Shown here in pieces: positions 23,335 to 35,787 of a DNA stretch of 64,000 nt. Within the stretch, counting starts at the first letter, position 1. Every line of letters starts with the position of its first letter. Under the pieces are notes generated by a model. It searched no databases, was not told where the DNA came from, and worked only from the letters and a program-made list of their open reading frames with translations. Origin of the DNA: Histomonas meleagridis 2922-C6/04-290x. Lineage: Eukaryota > Protista > Parabasalia. The stretch lies in the NCBI GenBank assembly GCA_020184695.1, contig JAANOX010000231.1, positions 1-64,000 on the forward strand, given 5' to 3'. A program made the translations under genes and the position numbers.

Positions 23335-24561
23335 CTGTCCTACAACCGTGGGAAATTTGAATGGGTAGTATTCGAAAAGTGGAAGCCCATTCAATCATAA
23401 TGGAGAATTTGAATGAGGCGTAATTTGCATTCAAAAATTGACTCTCAATTCGTTTTCTGGAAAAATAATTTAATTCAATGTCATTTTGAATAATTTACAA
23501 TTTTCGCCATGTTTTTTGAATAAAAATAAAATTTGGCAAAAATGCTGAAACAGATATTATTAAATAGCAAGTTATCGACATTGCATACATTATACATTGC
23601 ATTAATTAAAATGAATCAAAAGAAACAATTATTATATATTAAACTAAACTACGATCAAGAATTAGGATATTGTGAAATATTTAATCGTCTCTGTATTACA
23701 ACACAAATTTTATATCAATGTTACATTAAAATTCATTCTTGATTTCATTAATATTTTATAGATTGATAAATAATATCAATTGCTTTGCATATAAATTTTT
23801 ATTAATTGTCATGTTCTACATATTAATTATGTTTTATTAGTTTAAAATTTTATAAAATTTAATCTTTACGACGATCAGAGCAATTAAAATAAAAAGAAAG
23901 AAATATACAATGTTATGTGGAGATTAAATGGAAATAATTAGATCAATTGCTCATTGAAATAATAATGTAAACATTGATTTGTAAACTTTTTGAATCTAAT
24001 TAATCATATGAGCTCCATTTCTGAAATTAGAATAAGTTTGAATTCATCTTTAACTAAACCCCATGTTCACTATGTATTATCTATATCAAATGAAAGTCGT
24101 TCAAATTATATATTTGCCAAATTATATTTGAATGATTTGAGCAAATGTTGGTACATAAAATAATGAAAAGAAACACATATAGGTGAGAATTAACACATAT
24201 AAGTGAGAATAAGCAGATATATAATAGAACAAGCACATATAAGTGAAAATAAATAAGAACGAATGAGAATTAGTACATATAAGTGAGAATTAACATTAGA
24301 CACGTAAAATTAATAGGCAGGAAATGATATATTACAACGTTCATTCCACACCATCTTCGCCAAATTTTATTTTTATTCAAAAAACATGGCGAAAATTGTA
24401 AATTATTCAAAATGAAATTGAATTATGATATTTCTTCGGAAAACGAATTGAGAGGCAATTTTTGAATGCAAATTACACCTCATTCAAATTTTCCATTATG
24501 ATTGAATGGGCTTCCACTTTTTGAATAAATAGTATTCAAATTTCCCGTGGTTGTAAGATAG
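23335..24561. mobile_element. Non-autonomous TIR element (MITE-like, 1227 bp) with ~203-bp TIRs and TA duplication
   Basis: 23335-23537 inverted with 24359-24561; TA at 23333-34 and 24562-63; removal restores the 197-bp unit. Confidence 0.9.
24172..24295 (+). repeat. ~20-bp degenerate minisatellite (AACACATATAAGTGAGAATT), ~6 copies
   Basis: Direct reading inside the MITE. Confidence 0.8.
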
Positions 24562-25344
24562 TACCCTGTTTTTTTTAAAACTTTGAGAAACGGAGTAAAT
24601 GAGCATTTTTTGAATGATTTAACGCTGAAATTGCAAGTTTGCAGTAAATACTGGAGAGTTAAAAATAAGGTTAACTTTTACGTTAACTTTAACCTTTAAT
24701 TTTTTATATATGTTTTTCTGATTTTTGTGTCACTTTTTATGTGAGAGTCGTTGGTTCGAGATACAGAGCCATTGGGTTTTTTTGTGGAACCACTTTTTTA
24801 TAATTTCAGGTAACATTGTCGTCTTTCATTTCACGTAACATTTCCGAAATATTTCGATATCATATCATATAACATGTCGGTACTCTCCAAGCAAAAGGGA
24901 GAATTTGAATACCTTGTTTTCAAAAAGTGAAAATGCCTTTCAATTATGCGTGATTTTTTGAATAGCATCAAAAAATTTACATTCAAAATATTTTTGTGAA
25001 AAAATATTCCTATCCAAAATTGATTTGTATGATTTACATTTTTCGACAAAAAAATTTCTGTAAATTCATAAATTGTCAATCCTGAATTATTTTTTATTAA
25101 GCTTATTCCTAAAATTCATTAAATAAAAACTTGTGGTGAAAATTGCATTGCTCATCAACTTGATTAAAAATATCTACATTATTTTTATAATGCAATATAG
25201 AGAGCTAAATGAGAAAGATGACAAATGTGGATTCTGCAGAATAATATTATTATAATATGTGTTAATAAATATTAACATTTTTAATCACAAAAAACATGTA
25301 ATTTGTATTAATGAGTTTAAAAATTATTCATTAATGCTATTCAT

Positions 25345-26170
25345 TATGTTATTCATATTATTGTTTATTAATGTTATTAATAATGTTATTCATATTATTG
25401 TTCATTAATGTTATTCATATTATTGTTTATTGATGTTATTAATAATGTTATTCATATTATTGTTTATTGATGTTATTCATAATGTTATTCATATTATTGT
25501 TCATTAATGTTATTCATAATGTTATTCATATTATTGTTTATTAATGTATTGTATAATGTTATTCATATTATTGTTTATTAATGTTATTCATAATGTTATT
25601 CATATTATTGTTCATTAATGTTATTCATAATATTATTCATATTATTGTTTATTGATGTTATTCATAATGTTATTCATATTATTGTTCATTAATGTTATTC
25701 ATAATGTTATTCATATTATTGTTTATTAATGTATTGTATAATGTTATTCATATTATTGTTCATTAATGTTATTCATAATGTTATTCATATTATTGTTTAT
25801 TGATGTTATTCATAATGTTATTCATATTATTGTTCATTAATGTTATTCATAATGTTATTCATATTATTGTTCATTAATGTTATTCATAATGTTATTCATA
25901 TTATTGTTCATTAATGTATTGTATAATGTTATTCATATTATTGTTCATTGATGTTATTAATAATATTATTCATTGATGTTATCTATATTGTTATTCATAA
26001 TGTTATTCATTGATGTTATTCATTGATGTTATTAATAATGTTATTCATTGATGTTATTAATAATATTATTCATTAATGTTATTAATAATGTTATTCATTG
26101 ATGTTATCTATATTGTTATTCATAATGTTATTCATAATGTTATTCATTGATGTTATCTATATTGTTATTA
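25345..26170 (+). repeat. AT-rich satellite, ~37-bp unit (GTTATTCATAATGTTATTCATATTATTGTTCATTAAT) built from 10-15-bp subunits
   Basis: Direct reading; unit length is not a multiple of 3 and stops are frequent. Confidence 0.95.
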
Positions 26171-28384
26171 ATATTTTTGTGAGAAAATATTCCTTCTCAA
26201 ATTTGATTTCTATGTTTTACATTTTTTGCCATAAAAATTTCTAAAGATTTATAAAATGCCACCATTAATAATGATAAGACATCATAAAGAATAATAAGAG
26301 AAATTATATAAAAATGCATAAAATAACAAATGACAACATCTAAGTATAAAAAATACTGAAAAAATGAGAATATGCTGAGAAAATATGAAGAAGAAACTTG
26401 AATTAACTATAAAATTTATAAATATAAAGTCATATACAAATAAATTTGGATTATCATGGAAAAATATGAATAATTGTTCTTTTTATTGTAAATCAAAAGA
26501 ATATTTGGAATTTCTTCCTATTATTTGAGTGAAATACAACACAATAATTCCCGTGATTTAACATATAAGAACATAAAATATGTGATAAAATGTTGTGAGT
26601 ATGCCATAATATATAACAATTCCTTTATTCATTAATTCATCATTCATACAGTTTGCTAATTCAAGATATAATTTTATTTAAGATTAATATCAATGAAATG
26701 AATTCAATATTGATTCTGTAATTACATTTAAATTAGATTTTAAATCATTACTAAGGCTTATTTGGCATATATTACTTATTGCATTCAATTTTTTAATAAT
26801 AATTAATGTGAATGAATATTCATATGTTATTTATATGGATTTTAAATGTTAAATTTAATATTTGATAAAATATTTTATACATAACTTAAATGCATAGTCT
26901 ATTATATCAATATTCTCTCATGAATTTATTAATAAACTCACCGAATTCAAATTTTGAAACGTAATTGAGAATATGAACATTAGTAATTAAAGAATAATCT
27001 TCAAATGCATATTTATTGATTAAAGTGATAGTATTTGAAATTATGTTATCTCTTGATATCCTAGAAAGTTAATATAATAATTTAGTTATTTTTTTTTTAT
27101 TATATACAATTGTATATAATCTGAATATTTTTTTTATTAAAAAAATTATTAAAGATAATTTTATGTATTTATCAAAAGCATATTCGAGATTTTGACATTG
27201 TTGATTTAAGTATTATAATTTCATGTAATAATGTCTTAGCTAGTTGTTCCATTGTAATAAAGAGAATAAGGTAATTCAACATCTATTATGTTATTGCGCG
27301 CATAAAAATAAGTTTTATCAATTAGAGTAACATCTTAAATTATCATTTAATTAATATATTAATTTGATCTTTTGTAATATTGTTAATATGTCAACAAATA
27401 TCTATAAAGCCCCAATTTATAAAAGCATAATCAGAATATATATATTTATATATATATTCATGAACAAATATGATGTAGCATGAATAAAATCAAAAAATAT
27501 GAGTAAATATTATATTTTTAAGAGAAATATTAAATTAATTAGTTTATAGAAATATAAGCAATGTTTTTTACATTATTTTATGCTCTCTTTTATAACTTAT
27601 AAAATGAGATGTAAATTTTATTTAAATATCAAAAGTTATCTCAATCTATTAATAAACAATAGGCATATATTTAATATAATTAATAAAACTTTTTATTGAT
27701 TAAATATTATACATAATAAACAAAAGTATTTTGAAATGTAATAAAAGTAATTTTACTTAATGAATTTGAATTAAAAGATATTAAATAAGGTAGATCCCAT
27801 AAATGCAATTAAATAATAATAGAGGATAAATGGTTAAATATTTATAAGTATAGGGTGTGCAAAAAGGCCTGATCCCACCCTTTTTTTTGATGAATAAAAA
27901 AATATATATTAACTATTTACTTTTATTTAAAGAAGTGGTCTTCTTGATTCCTAGTCACTTATTAAAGTATTTTTTTCTTTAGTACCAATCTAGTTAAAGC
28001 TCTTAAAAAGTAGCAATTCCAAATATAAAAGCAATTTCATTTTTTAAATCATATTATGAATTTTTCTCCATACTCTTTCAATTTTCCTTAAATATTCCAA
28101 ACAATAAAATATTATACTAACTTTAATCTAATGAATAATATAAGTAAAAATTTCTTTTAAATTTTTTTATATTTAGTTTTTTTATTTTTTTTTTTTCTAT
28201 ATGAATTATACAGTTAAATCTATATCCCTTTATTTATTTCATATGGATCCATTTTTGATAATTAATATTTTTCAAAAAATTATAATTTATTTTGATTAAT
28301 TAAGTATTATAGATTAAATTTGTATTTATGATTTAATCTGTATATCCATATCATTTTTGTCTATTTTATAAATAGAAATTTTTC

Positions 28385-28454
28385 ATATATTAGTATTTTA
28401 ATATATTAGTATTTTAATATATTAGTATTTTAATATATTAGTATTTTAATATAT
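28385..28454 (+). repeat. Perfect 16-bp tandem repeat (ATATATTAGTATTTTA) x4.4
   Basis: Direct reading; just inside the left TIR, 160 bp upstream of the transposase. Confidence 0.95.
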
Positions 28455-28614
28455 GATATATTGATTTATTGACTGTACAAAATTATAATAATTACTAATA
28501 ACTAATTCAAACTTATAAACAAATATTCCTATTATACATGCAATTTTGCTTTTCCTTTATATGCATTATAATTCAATATTTTACATATTATGCGTTTAAT
28601 ATTTATTTTCTATT

Positions 28615-29580
28615 ATGAATTACAATCAGCCTCAGCAATCTTCATTTCCATTTATTGACAGTACTCTTGCTTATTTTTGGCTTTTTACCAATGAAGACGC
28701 AGCAATTCAATTTGCATTACAAAATGGTGTTATTTACAATCAAATGAAATGTGAAAACTGTGAATTCGATATGCAGGTTTACAGAGATTCCTCAAAAGGA
28801 TTTGGGTATAAATGGATGTGTCCTAATTGCCATAAATCCAAAAGCATTTTATATGGAAGTATTTTTTATTCAGCAAAAATATTTCTTTCAAAAATTTTTC
28901 ATTTATTATATTGTTGGGCATATAAATATTCATGTAAAGATACTGCGAGAGAAGTAGGAGTTAGTAGAAACACCGTAACATATTATTTTACATTATTTCG
29001 AAATGCATGTGATGCATATGTTTTATCTTTAGAAGGTTTTATTGTCGGTGGTCCAGGTAAAACTGTTCAAATAGATGAAACTTTAATGTGTCGAAGAAAG
29101 TATAATGTTGGACGGGGTTTAAATCAAGTATGGATCTTTGGGGGAATTTGTATTGAAGATAGACAATTCTTTTGTCTTGTTGTGCCAGATCGAACAAGAG
29201 AAACATTAGAAGAAGAGATTCGTATTCATATATTACCTGAAACAAAAATAATTTCTGATTGCTGGAAAGCATATGATTTTCTTGATGATTACGATGATTA
29301 TGAGCATGAAACTGTGAATCATTCATGTAATTTTGTTGATCCTGAAACTAAGGCGCACACTCAAATTATAGAAAGACTTTGAAGGGAACTTAAAAAAATC
29401 AATAAAAGATATGAAGGAATCCCAGAAAACAAAGTCAATGAACATATATCAGAATTCATGTGGAGATGGAATGTAATTCACAATCAGAATCAAATGTTTA
29501 GGGCAGCAGTTCAATTAATTGCAGACACAAAGTTCACGAAAGTAATTGATTGCAATGAAGAAGAAGAAGAATCAGAATAA
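28615..29580 (+). pseudogene. Merlin/IS1595-family DDE transposase with single nonsense codon (TGA at 29380)
   Basis: Zn-ribbon CENC..WMCPNC, GSIF, HTH, VQIDET, RKYNVGR, WIFGG, IISDCWKAY, HETVNHS, HTQIIERL*R; the frame continues to a stop at 29580. Confidence 0.93.
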
Positions 29581-30704
29581 GTAAAAATCCATTTCTATTA
29601 TTGTTATGATCAATTTTTTATTTTTCGAAAATTTGGGTATAAAATAGAAAAGCTGTATTATTATATTATTTAAATTTTGATTTGTTTAAATTTTTTGTTG
29701 TAAATTTCGAAATTTCGAAAATTTAATTTTTGAAAAAAATTATCATGAATCAATCATATGACATGTTATACCTTAATATTCTATATGTACTTTAGTTCCA
29801 TTAATTTTTTACATATATTTGATGTGAAGATTATCATATATATTTTTAAAAATCAAAGAAATTCATTAATATGATTCATTAATAAACGTGATGTGAGTTG
29901 AAACCATTAATAAAATATTATTAAAGTCATTATAAATGAAATTTTATTAAGATAATGCAATTTAAAAAAATATTGTAATTTGGGATTTCAGCCACATTTC
30001 TCAGGTCTATAGCGAAAGACGAATATATTCCAGAATTTTTTCCAAGCAAATATCTCGTAATCTCGAAAAAAAATGTAATAATTATTCAAAAAATGATGTC
30101 CATTCAATTATTGAATGATAATTCAATATTTATACAGAAAATTCAGCGTCAAAAGCTGTTAATTCTAAACATCATTTGATTCAAAAAGTTTCTATATTGT
30201 TGGAAATGCATTTTGTATGCAAAGAATAGTGATAAACACTCTTCCATTATGAATTAATGTTATAATAATTATTGGGACATAAATCTCATGAGATTATATT
30301 AAAATAGTTCTATATAATTTAGTAAAAATATAAAAAAATTGATAAAAAATGTAGGTTTCTCGATCACTTCGGATAAGATTATCATTATAGGGCGATTAAA
30401 AATTTTTTGTACGTTTAATATCTAAAGCTTCACCATATGTCAATAAACGAAAGTGATATAAATAATACATATAATTATAATTATTTTTCTATACTTTCAT
30501 AAACGAAGTTTTTATTCAATCGTGTTTTCATATAATGAAATTCCCATATTGCGAATTTTTGCCCATGGAAATCCACCCTAGTTATATTTAGAGGTGTGTA
30601 TTATTTTAAACGGAAATCGGCATTTTATTTCTGGCGGAAAAAAATTCTCACAATTTTTTTGGCAAATAATTATAAAGTTCCAAAATAAAAAGGAATTGAA
30701 GGTT

Positions 30705-31049
30705 TTATTTAAAGTCATTGTTGTAATAAGCTTTATTGCCACCTAAGGCTCTTGTTTGAATACTGACTGCCCAATGACCAGCTTCTGCAACACTCCTCTT
30801 GAAACCGAGTTTACCCACTGTTGTTGCAGAGTGTCTATTGTATGAATGATAATATATTGATATGACTTTTCCATCCCATGTTCCCCAAGTACCATCCAAA
30901 GATGTAATCCATAGGTCATTCCCTTTTGGTTGAGATATTGATGTTGATGAAGAATTAATGTAATTTTTTAATCCATCTATATCACATCCTAGAAGAGAAG
31001 CTAATTCATCAACTTTTCCAACAGATAACAACTTACTCCAGCCTGACAT
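30705..31049 (-). CDS. Lactococcin 972-family bacteriocin-like protein (114 aa)
   Basis: C-terminal ~63 aa GTW..SxYxH..HSATxV..AGxWA..GNKAYYN follows the motif order I recall for lactococcin 972-family peptides; ORF intact. Confidence 0.8.
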   Translation of the reverse strand: MSGWSKLLSVGKVDELASLLGCDIDGLKNYINSSSTSISQPKGNDLWITSLDGTWGTWDGKVISIYYHSYNRHSATTVGKLGFKRSVAEAGHWAVSIQTRALGGNKAYYNNDFK

Positions 31050-34000
31050 ACTAAATTATGGCTGAACTTTTGATGGGTTTTAATAGAATCATCATTTGAT
31101 TCAAAAAGTGAATTTGTAATTTGGCATAAATAAGGGCGTAATAGAGTAGTGTAAACGAAAAAAATTAGGAGCCAATTCTTTTCATTCTCTGAAAATAATA
31201 AATACATAATAAGTGAAGCATAATAATGAGGGAATTTATCGAAAAAAACATAGAAAATAAATATATTTTTATTTTATTTCCAAAAAATTCAATGACGATA
31301 GATATTTTGAGAGAAAATATGCAAACAAACATAGACAGAAAAGTTGTACTCATAAGGGAAAATAAAATTTTCATTTTTTTCAAAATATAAAATAATAAAA
31401 TCATTTTAAACATATAAAATATATTCATGTATATATAAAGATTAATATTATTACTAATTTTCGGAAATGTGTGAAAATCAATAAATTATGCAATTTCTTT
31501 AAATTTTTATTTTTTCCAATATTTTTCTATGCATATTTAAATATCCATAAAATTCTATAAATTTACAAATGATTTTGTTTATTTTTGATAATTTGTAATT
31601 TTTTTTTCATGAGGTTATACGGGATTTTGAAATACCCTACAATACCTTTCCCTTTGTTCTTTAATTTGATTACCATTTTTCATGTGCATTTTAATTGCTT
31701 TTTGTGATTTTGACATTTTTAATTCCAATTTCATATCACATTTCATGAAATATATATTATAATATATAATATATATAGTAGAATAGTAGATAAAGATTAA
31801 AATAATAAATAGGGGGAAAGTATGAATTTTTCCCATTCCTTAAGGTAATCGAAAATATTCATTTAATTTTTAATGATCTATATAAATGTGCTTAGTCATT
31901 TATGAAAGTATAATAAGAAAAAAGTTAAAAAAGCCATAGAAAAAATTAATAATTATTGCCTTTTTATTAATGATTTGTTTCTAGACTTCCTTGATATATG
32001 TTCACCAAACATAAGTTCTAATGTTTTCCTTCTTTATATATATTCCAGAGATTTATCAAAAAATATGCATTACTCAATATTTGATAAATTATTTGATAAA
32101 TCATTTAAAATTGGTCAATATATATATATATAATTAAATAGAAAAATGTCAATGAAAAACTAATGAATAATTTTGATGATAAACAATATTCAGTAAAAAT
32201 TTCATTATTAAAATCTGTTTATTGATTAAGAAAAAGTATAGTTCAACATTAATACATTTTAAAGGTAACTCTTAGATGTCTTTTTTGTGATTCTTAATCT
32301 TTAATTTATATTGTAATTTACAATTTTTATAATTCATTAATTATTTTCTAGTATAAATATAAATTTTTAATAATAATAGGGGGTAAAAAATATTTTCTAC
32401 ATATAATTTTATTAATATATTTATGAAACAAAGTATTAAAATCAAAATGATAATATATTAGAAATTTCAATGTAAAAAATAATGTCTAATTATTTTATAA
32501 AATAGACAAAAATGATATGGATATACAGATTAAATCATAAATACAAATTTAATCTATAATACTTAATTAATCAAAATAAATTATAATTTTTTTAAAAATA
32601 TTAATTAAAAAATGGATCCATATGAAATAAATAAAGGGATATAGATTTAACTGTATCATTCATATTGAAAATATATAATTCAAAAATCTAAATATAAAAA
32701 CATTAAAAGAAATTTTTACTTATATTATTCATTAGATTAAAGTTAGTATAATATTTTATTCTTTGGAATATTTAAGGAAAATTGAAAGAGTATGGAGAAA
32801 AATTCATAATATGATTTAAAAAATGAAATTGCTTTTATGTTTGGAATTGCTACTTTTTAAGAGCTTTAACTAGATTGGTACTAAAGAAAAAAATACTTTA
32901 ATAAGTGACTAGGAATCAAGAAGACCACTTCTTTAAATAAAAGTAAATAGTTAATATATATTTTTTTATTCATCAAAAAAAAGGGTGGGATCAGGCCTTT
33001 TTGCACACCCTATATATACTATAGTAACAAAATTTAAATTTATTTTTTTTTCTTCACCAAAAAGAATTTAGTTTACTTTAATCGGTTGAATTAGTACATA
33101 CAACTTATATAAAAAATAATATTTTTTATTAACTTAAAGTTATGATATGAGGGGTTGTTATGAAATATATACCAACTGAATATGAAAATGATATTAATAA
33201 TTCTATTGATTCTATAAGTGAAATTTATTGTACAAATAATTTATATTTTAATCTAACTAATTCCAATGATTATCTAAAATTAATTTATTTCAATTCAAGT
33301 GTTAAAGATTCTAATGGAGAAAATTTACGATTTAAAGCATTTCGTTTTAATCACGAGTAAAGCAATTTTCACAAGTTTTTATTATTTTTTATAATGGGTA
33401 TTAGCAATAATGGTAAAGAATGAATGTAATATCCGTTGGATGGCATTTTATAAATCTTTAGAAATTTTTATGGCAAAAAAAGGAAAACCTAGAAATCAAT
33501 TTTGAGAAGGAATATTTTCTCACAAAAATATTTTGAATGCGATTTTTTCAATGCTATTCAAAAAATCACGCATGATTGAAAGGCATTTTCACTTTTTGAG
33601 AACAAGGTATTCAAATTCTCGTATTAGGTTGTAGAGTACCAACATGTCTGTATATTTCATTTAACATGTCATTACTTTTCATATCACATATCATCATTTA
33701 ACGGATGCCAAAAATCGCACGTTCACACCATTTCCTCATAGGTTATAAAATGGGTTGAATAAAAAATTGAAGTCAACCTCTGAAAAAAATTAACGTTCGT
33801 AATATAATCCGTTTATGATAAATTGACTGGATATATCGGAAAAAATGACGTTTAATGAATTTGAACGACCGCCGAAAAAGTGGATTGTAAAAAATAAACT
33901 TTTTTTAACGGATTCCAAAAATTTTTTTTTTAACGATTTCCCATTTAATTATTGGAATAAATTAACGTACGTCGAAAATGACGGTTGATGAATTTTAACG

Positions 34001-34496
34001 GTTGAGTAATTGTTGTAAAATTTGTTGTAAAAATTATCCGAATATATAAATAATAATATCTACGATAAATGGCAAATGTAAATTTCTATGAATCATCATT
34101 TAATTCAGTGGCAAAACGATTAATAATCGGATAAGTAGTGAAGAATTGGCGAGCGAAATGATTTGAATGAGTTTTGAGAAAGTTTTTATTAAGTATTAAA
34201 ATTATAAATCGCGTTTTTCTCGACAGGAGCATTGAATTGACGTACAAAGTTAACCATTGAATTATTTTACATTGAAAAAAATTTTCATGATGAATGAACG
34301 TTAGAGACGAAAAATTGGAAGGCAGTGATGATGTTTGAATGAGTATTGAAAATGGTGTTATCAATTAGTTCAAACGTAAAATTTTTCGAATTGTCATTGA
34401 ATTTCATGTTAAACGTAAAAAATATTGAATGACGAAGTTTATAACGGTGTTAATGACAAAGGATGACGTGAACGTTAAGGAAGAATAAAAAAAAGT

Positions 34497-35751
34497 TTAA
34501 AAATAAAATTCAATAGGTTCGGAAATTGAACGTAAGGCATTAACGAAAAACGCTACGTCTGGGAATCGAATTTGAGGCATCAACAAAAAATATTCTTCGA
34601 TTTCTGACTGTTTATGATAAGTATTACCGCGGAGAAATGAAGCAGGAATTCCATTTTTATACGAACGTCCCCCAGGAACGGTAAAAAGTACTTTATACTT
34701 ATTCGTTCTAGGATTAAATGATAAAATTGACTCAACGGTACCGTTCCATTTACCAGGAATAGTTGACGCATATATAATATTATCAGGCTTATTATTACCA
34801 ATCGGTATTGATATAAATCTTGGTTTAGTAATGACCGTTCCGTCTTGAACAATTAAAACGTACATGTTGCCTTTCCGTTCATCAATTTTATAACATTTTA
34901 GGCTGATTTGAAATCTTTTCTTAGTTATTCCAAGAGCTCTCCGAGCTCCGGCGCTGTATGGCGCTTCACGACGCGGTAATATATAACGTACAAATGAACC
35001 GACATAAAGAATTAAAATTTTAATGCGTTTTTGTTTTTCAGAAGATTCTAAACATTTAAATATATATTCTTTTTCTAAATCATTATTATCAAACATTTCC
35101 TTCGGTGAGCATCCGATCGCGGAGTGGTAAGTATTATTGTAAGTATTTAAAAACTTTTTCATTCTTTCTGGACTAATGAATGTGTATTTTTCATCATGTG
35201 ATTGATGTTTTGACTTCTCCGATGTAGTGTTCATATCTCATATTGTTCGCATGAATCTATCAATAATGCCTAAAGACGAATGGTTTTTATCTGATATTGT
35301 GTGAACGGCGACTTTATTATTAGAAAAAAGTTTTAAATCATTCTTTTCGATAAATGCTGGTTTTTCATCTGACGTCACTTTTACTGGATGGAATTTTTCG
35401 ATAAATTGTTTTAATGTATCATGAACCGCAGACGCTGATTTTGACATCAACGGCAGACAATAAACATATCTATTATTTGTTCCGATATATACATGCCAAT
35501 ATCTTGGAGTTTTATTTATCTGTATTATCGTATAAATCATGAAACCAACAATTCGGAATATATGAAAATATTTTTATCATATAAAGTTTTATATCTTTTG
35601 TTTTAATGAATTTATCCTTCAATCTTTTTGAAATTACTATTTTAATTTTCTTTTCACTCACATTTGGAAATTTATTTTGCACGTGTTTTTTAACGTGACT
35701 GTAAGTTTTAAAATGTGTTTTGTCAATCTCTCTATTAACGTTTAGACTCAT
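34497..35751 (-). pseudogene. Polinton/Maverick-type rve integrase, copy 2, frameshifted
   Basis: Three ORF pieces (35512-35751, 35238-35540, 34497-35234) homologous to 2263-3410; YNNTYHSAIGCSP; chromodomain-like tail. Confidence 0.87.
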
Positions 35752-35787
35752 TTAAGTATTATTAAAACGTTTTTTTAATTATATTAA

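Larger units (their letters stand above)
22990..24762 (-). mobile_element. Third (inverted) copy of the repeat-hairpin-(GT)n element, split by a MITE
   Basis: (CA)n 22990-23008, hairpin, reverse complement of the 197-bp unit on both sides of the MITE, terminal GTTGGTTCGAGAT matching position 1. Confidence 0.75.
27851..33012. mobile_element. 5.16-kb DNA transposon with ~520-bp TIRs, TA flanks, carrying Merlin-type transposase and bacteriocin-like cargo
   Basis: TAGGGTGTGCAAAAAGGCCTGATCCCACCC.. at 27851 is identical to the reverse complement ending 33012; similarity extends to ~28372/~32493. Confidence 0.92.
24872..33647. mobile_element. Large non-autonomous element with ~205-bp imperfect TIRs hosting a satellite and a nested 5.2-kb element
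   Basis: ACATGT(C/T)GGTACTCT..GAGAATTTGAATACCTTG.. at 24872-25075 inverted with ~33436-33647; extra partial TIR copy at 26170-26260; no clear TSD. Confidence 0.75.

Noticed and set aside
1-24762. One giant 24.8-kb TIR element, since position 1 matches the reverse complement at 24762
   Set aside because: The matching arms behave as separate short elements: their (GT)n ends cut unrelated ORFs, and a third copy lies at 5424-6123. The interval also contains core host genes such as PSMB5. Not fully excluded without more copies.
25345-26170. Asn/Met-rich coding repeat on the minus strand
   Set aside because: The 37-bp unit shifts frame and introduces stops each period.
7430-29382. Alternative genetic code (stop codon reassignment) suggested by stops at Trp/Gln positions
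   Set aside because: Conserved host genes end at the expected residue with TAA (PSMB5, actin KCF) and have no internal stops. The stops occur in genes that also carry frameshifts.
31040-31060. Intron beginning GTATGT at the bacteriocin start
   Set aside because: No trichomonad branch/3' motif (ACTAAC..AG) downstream, and splicing would remove the N-terminus without a sensible product.
33160-33360. 66-aa ORF between nested element ends (also 8455-8646, 23533-23742, 52246-52616)
   Set aside because: Short, AT-rich, no motifs; not supportable as genes.
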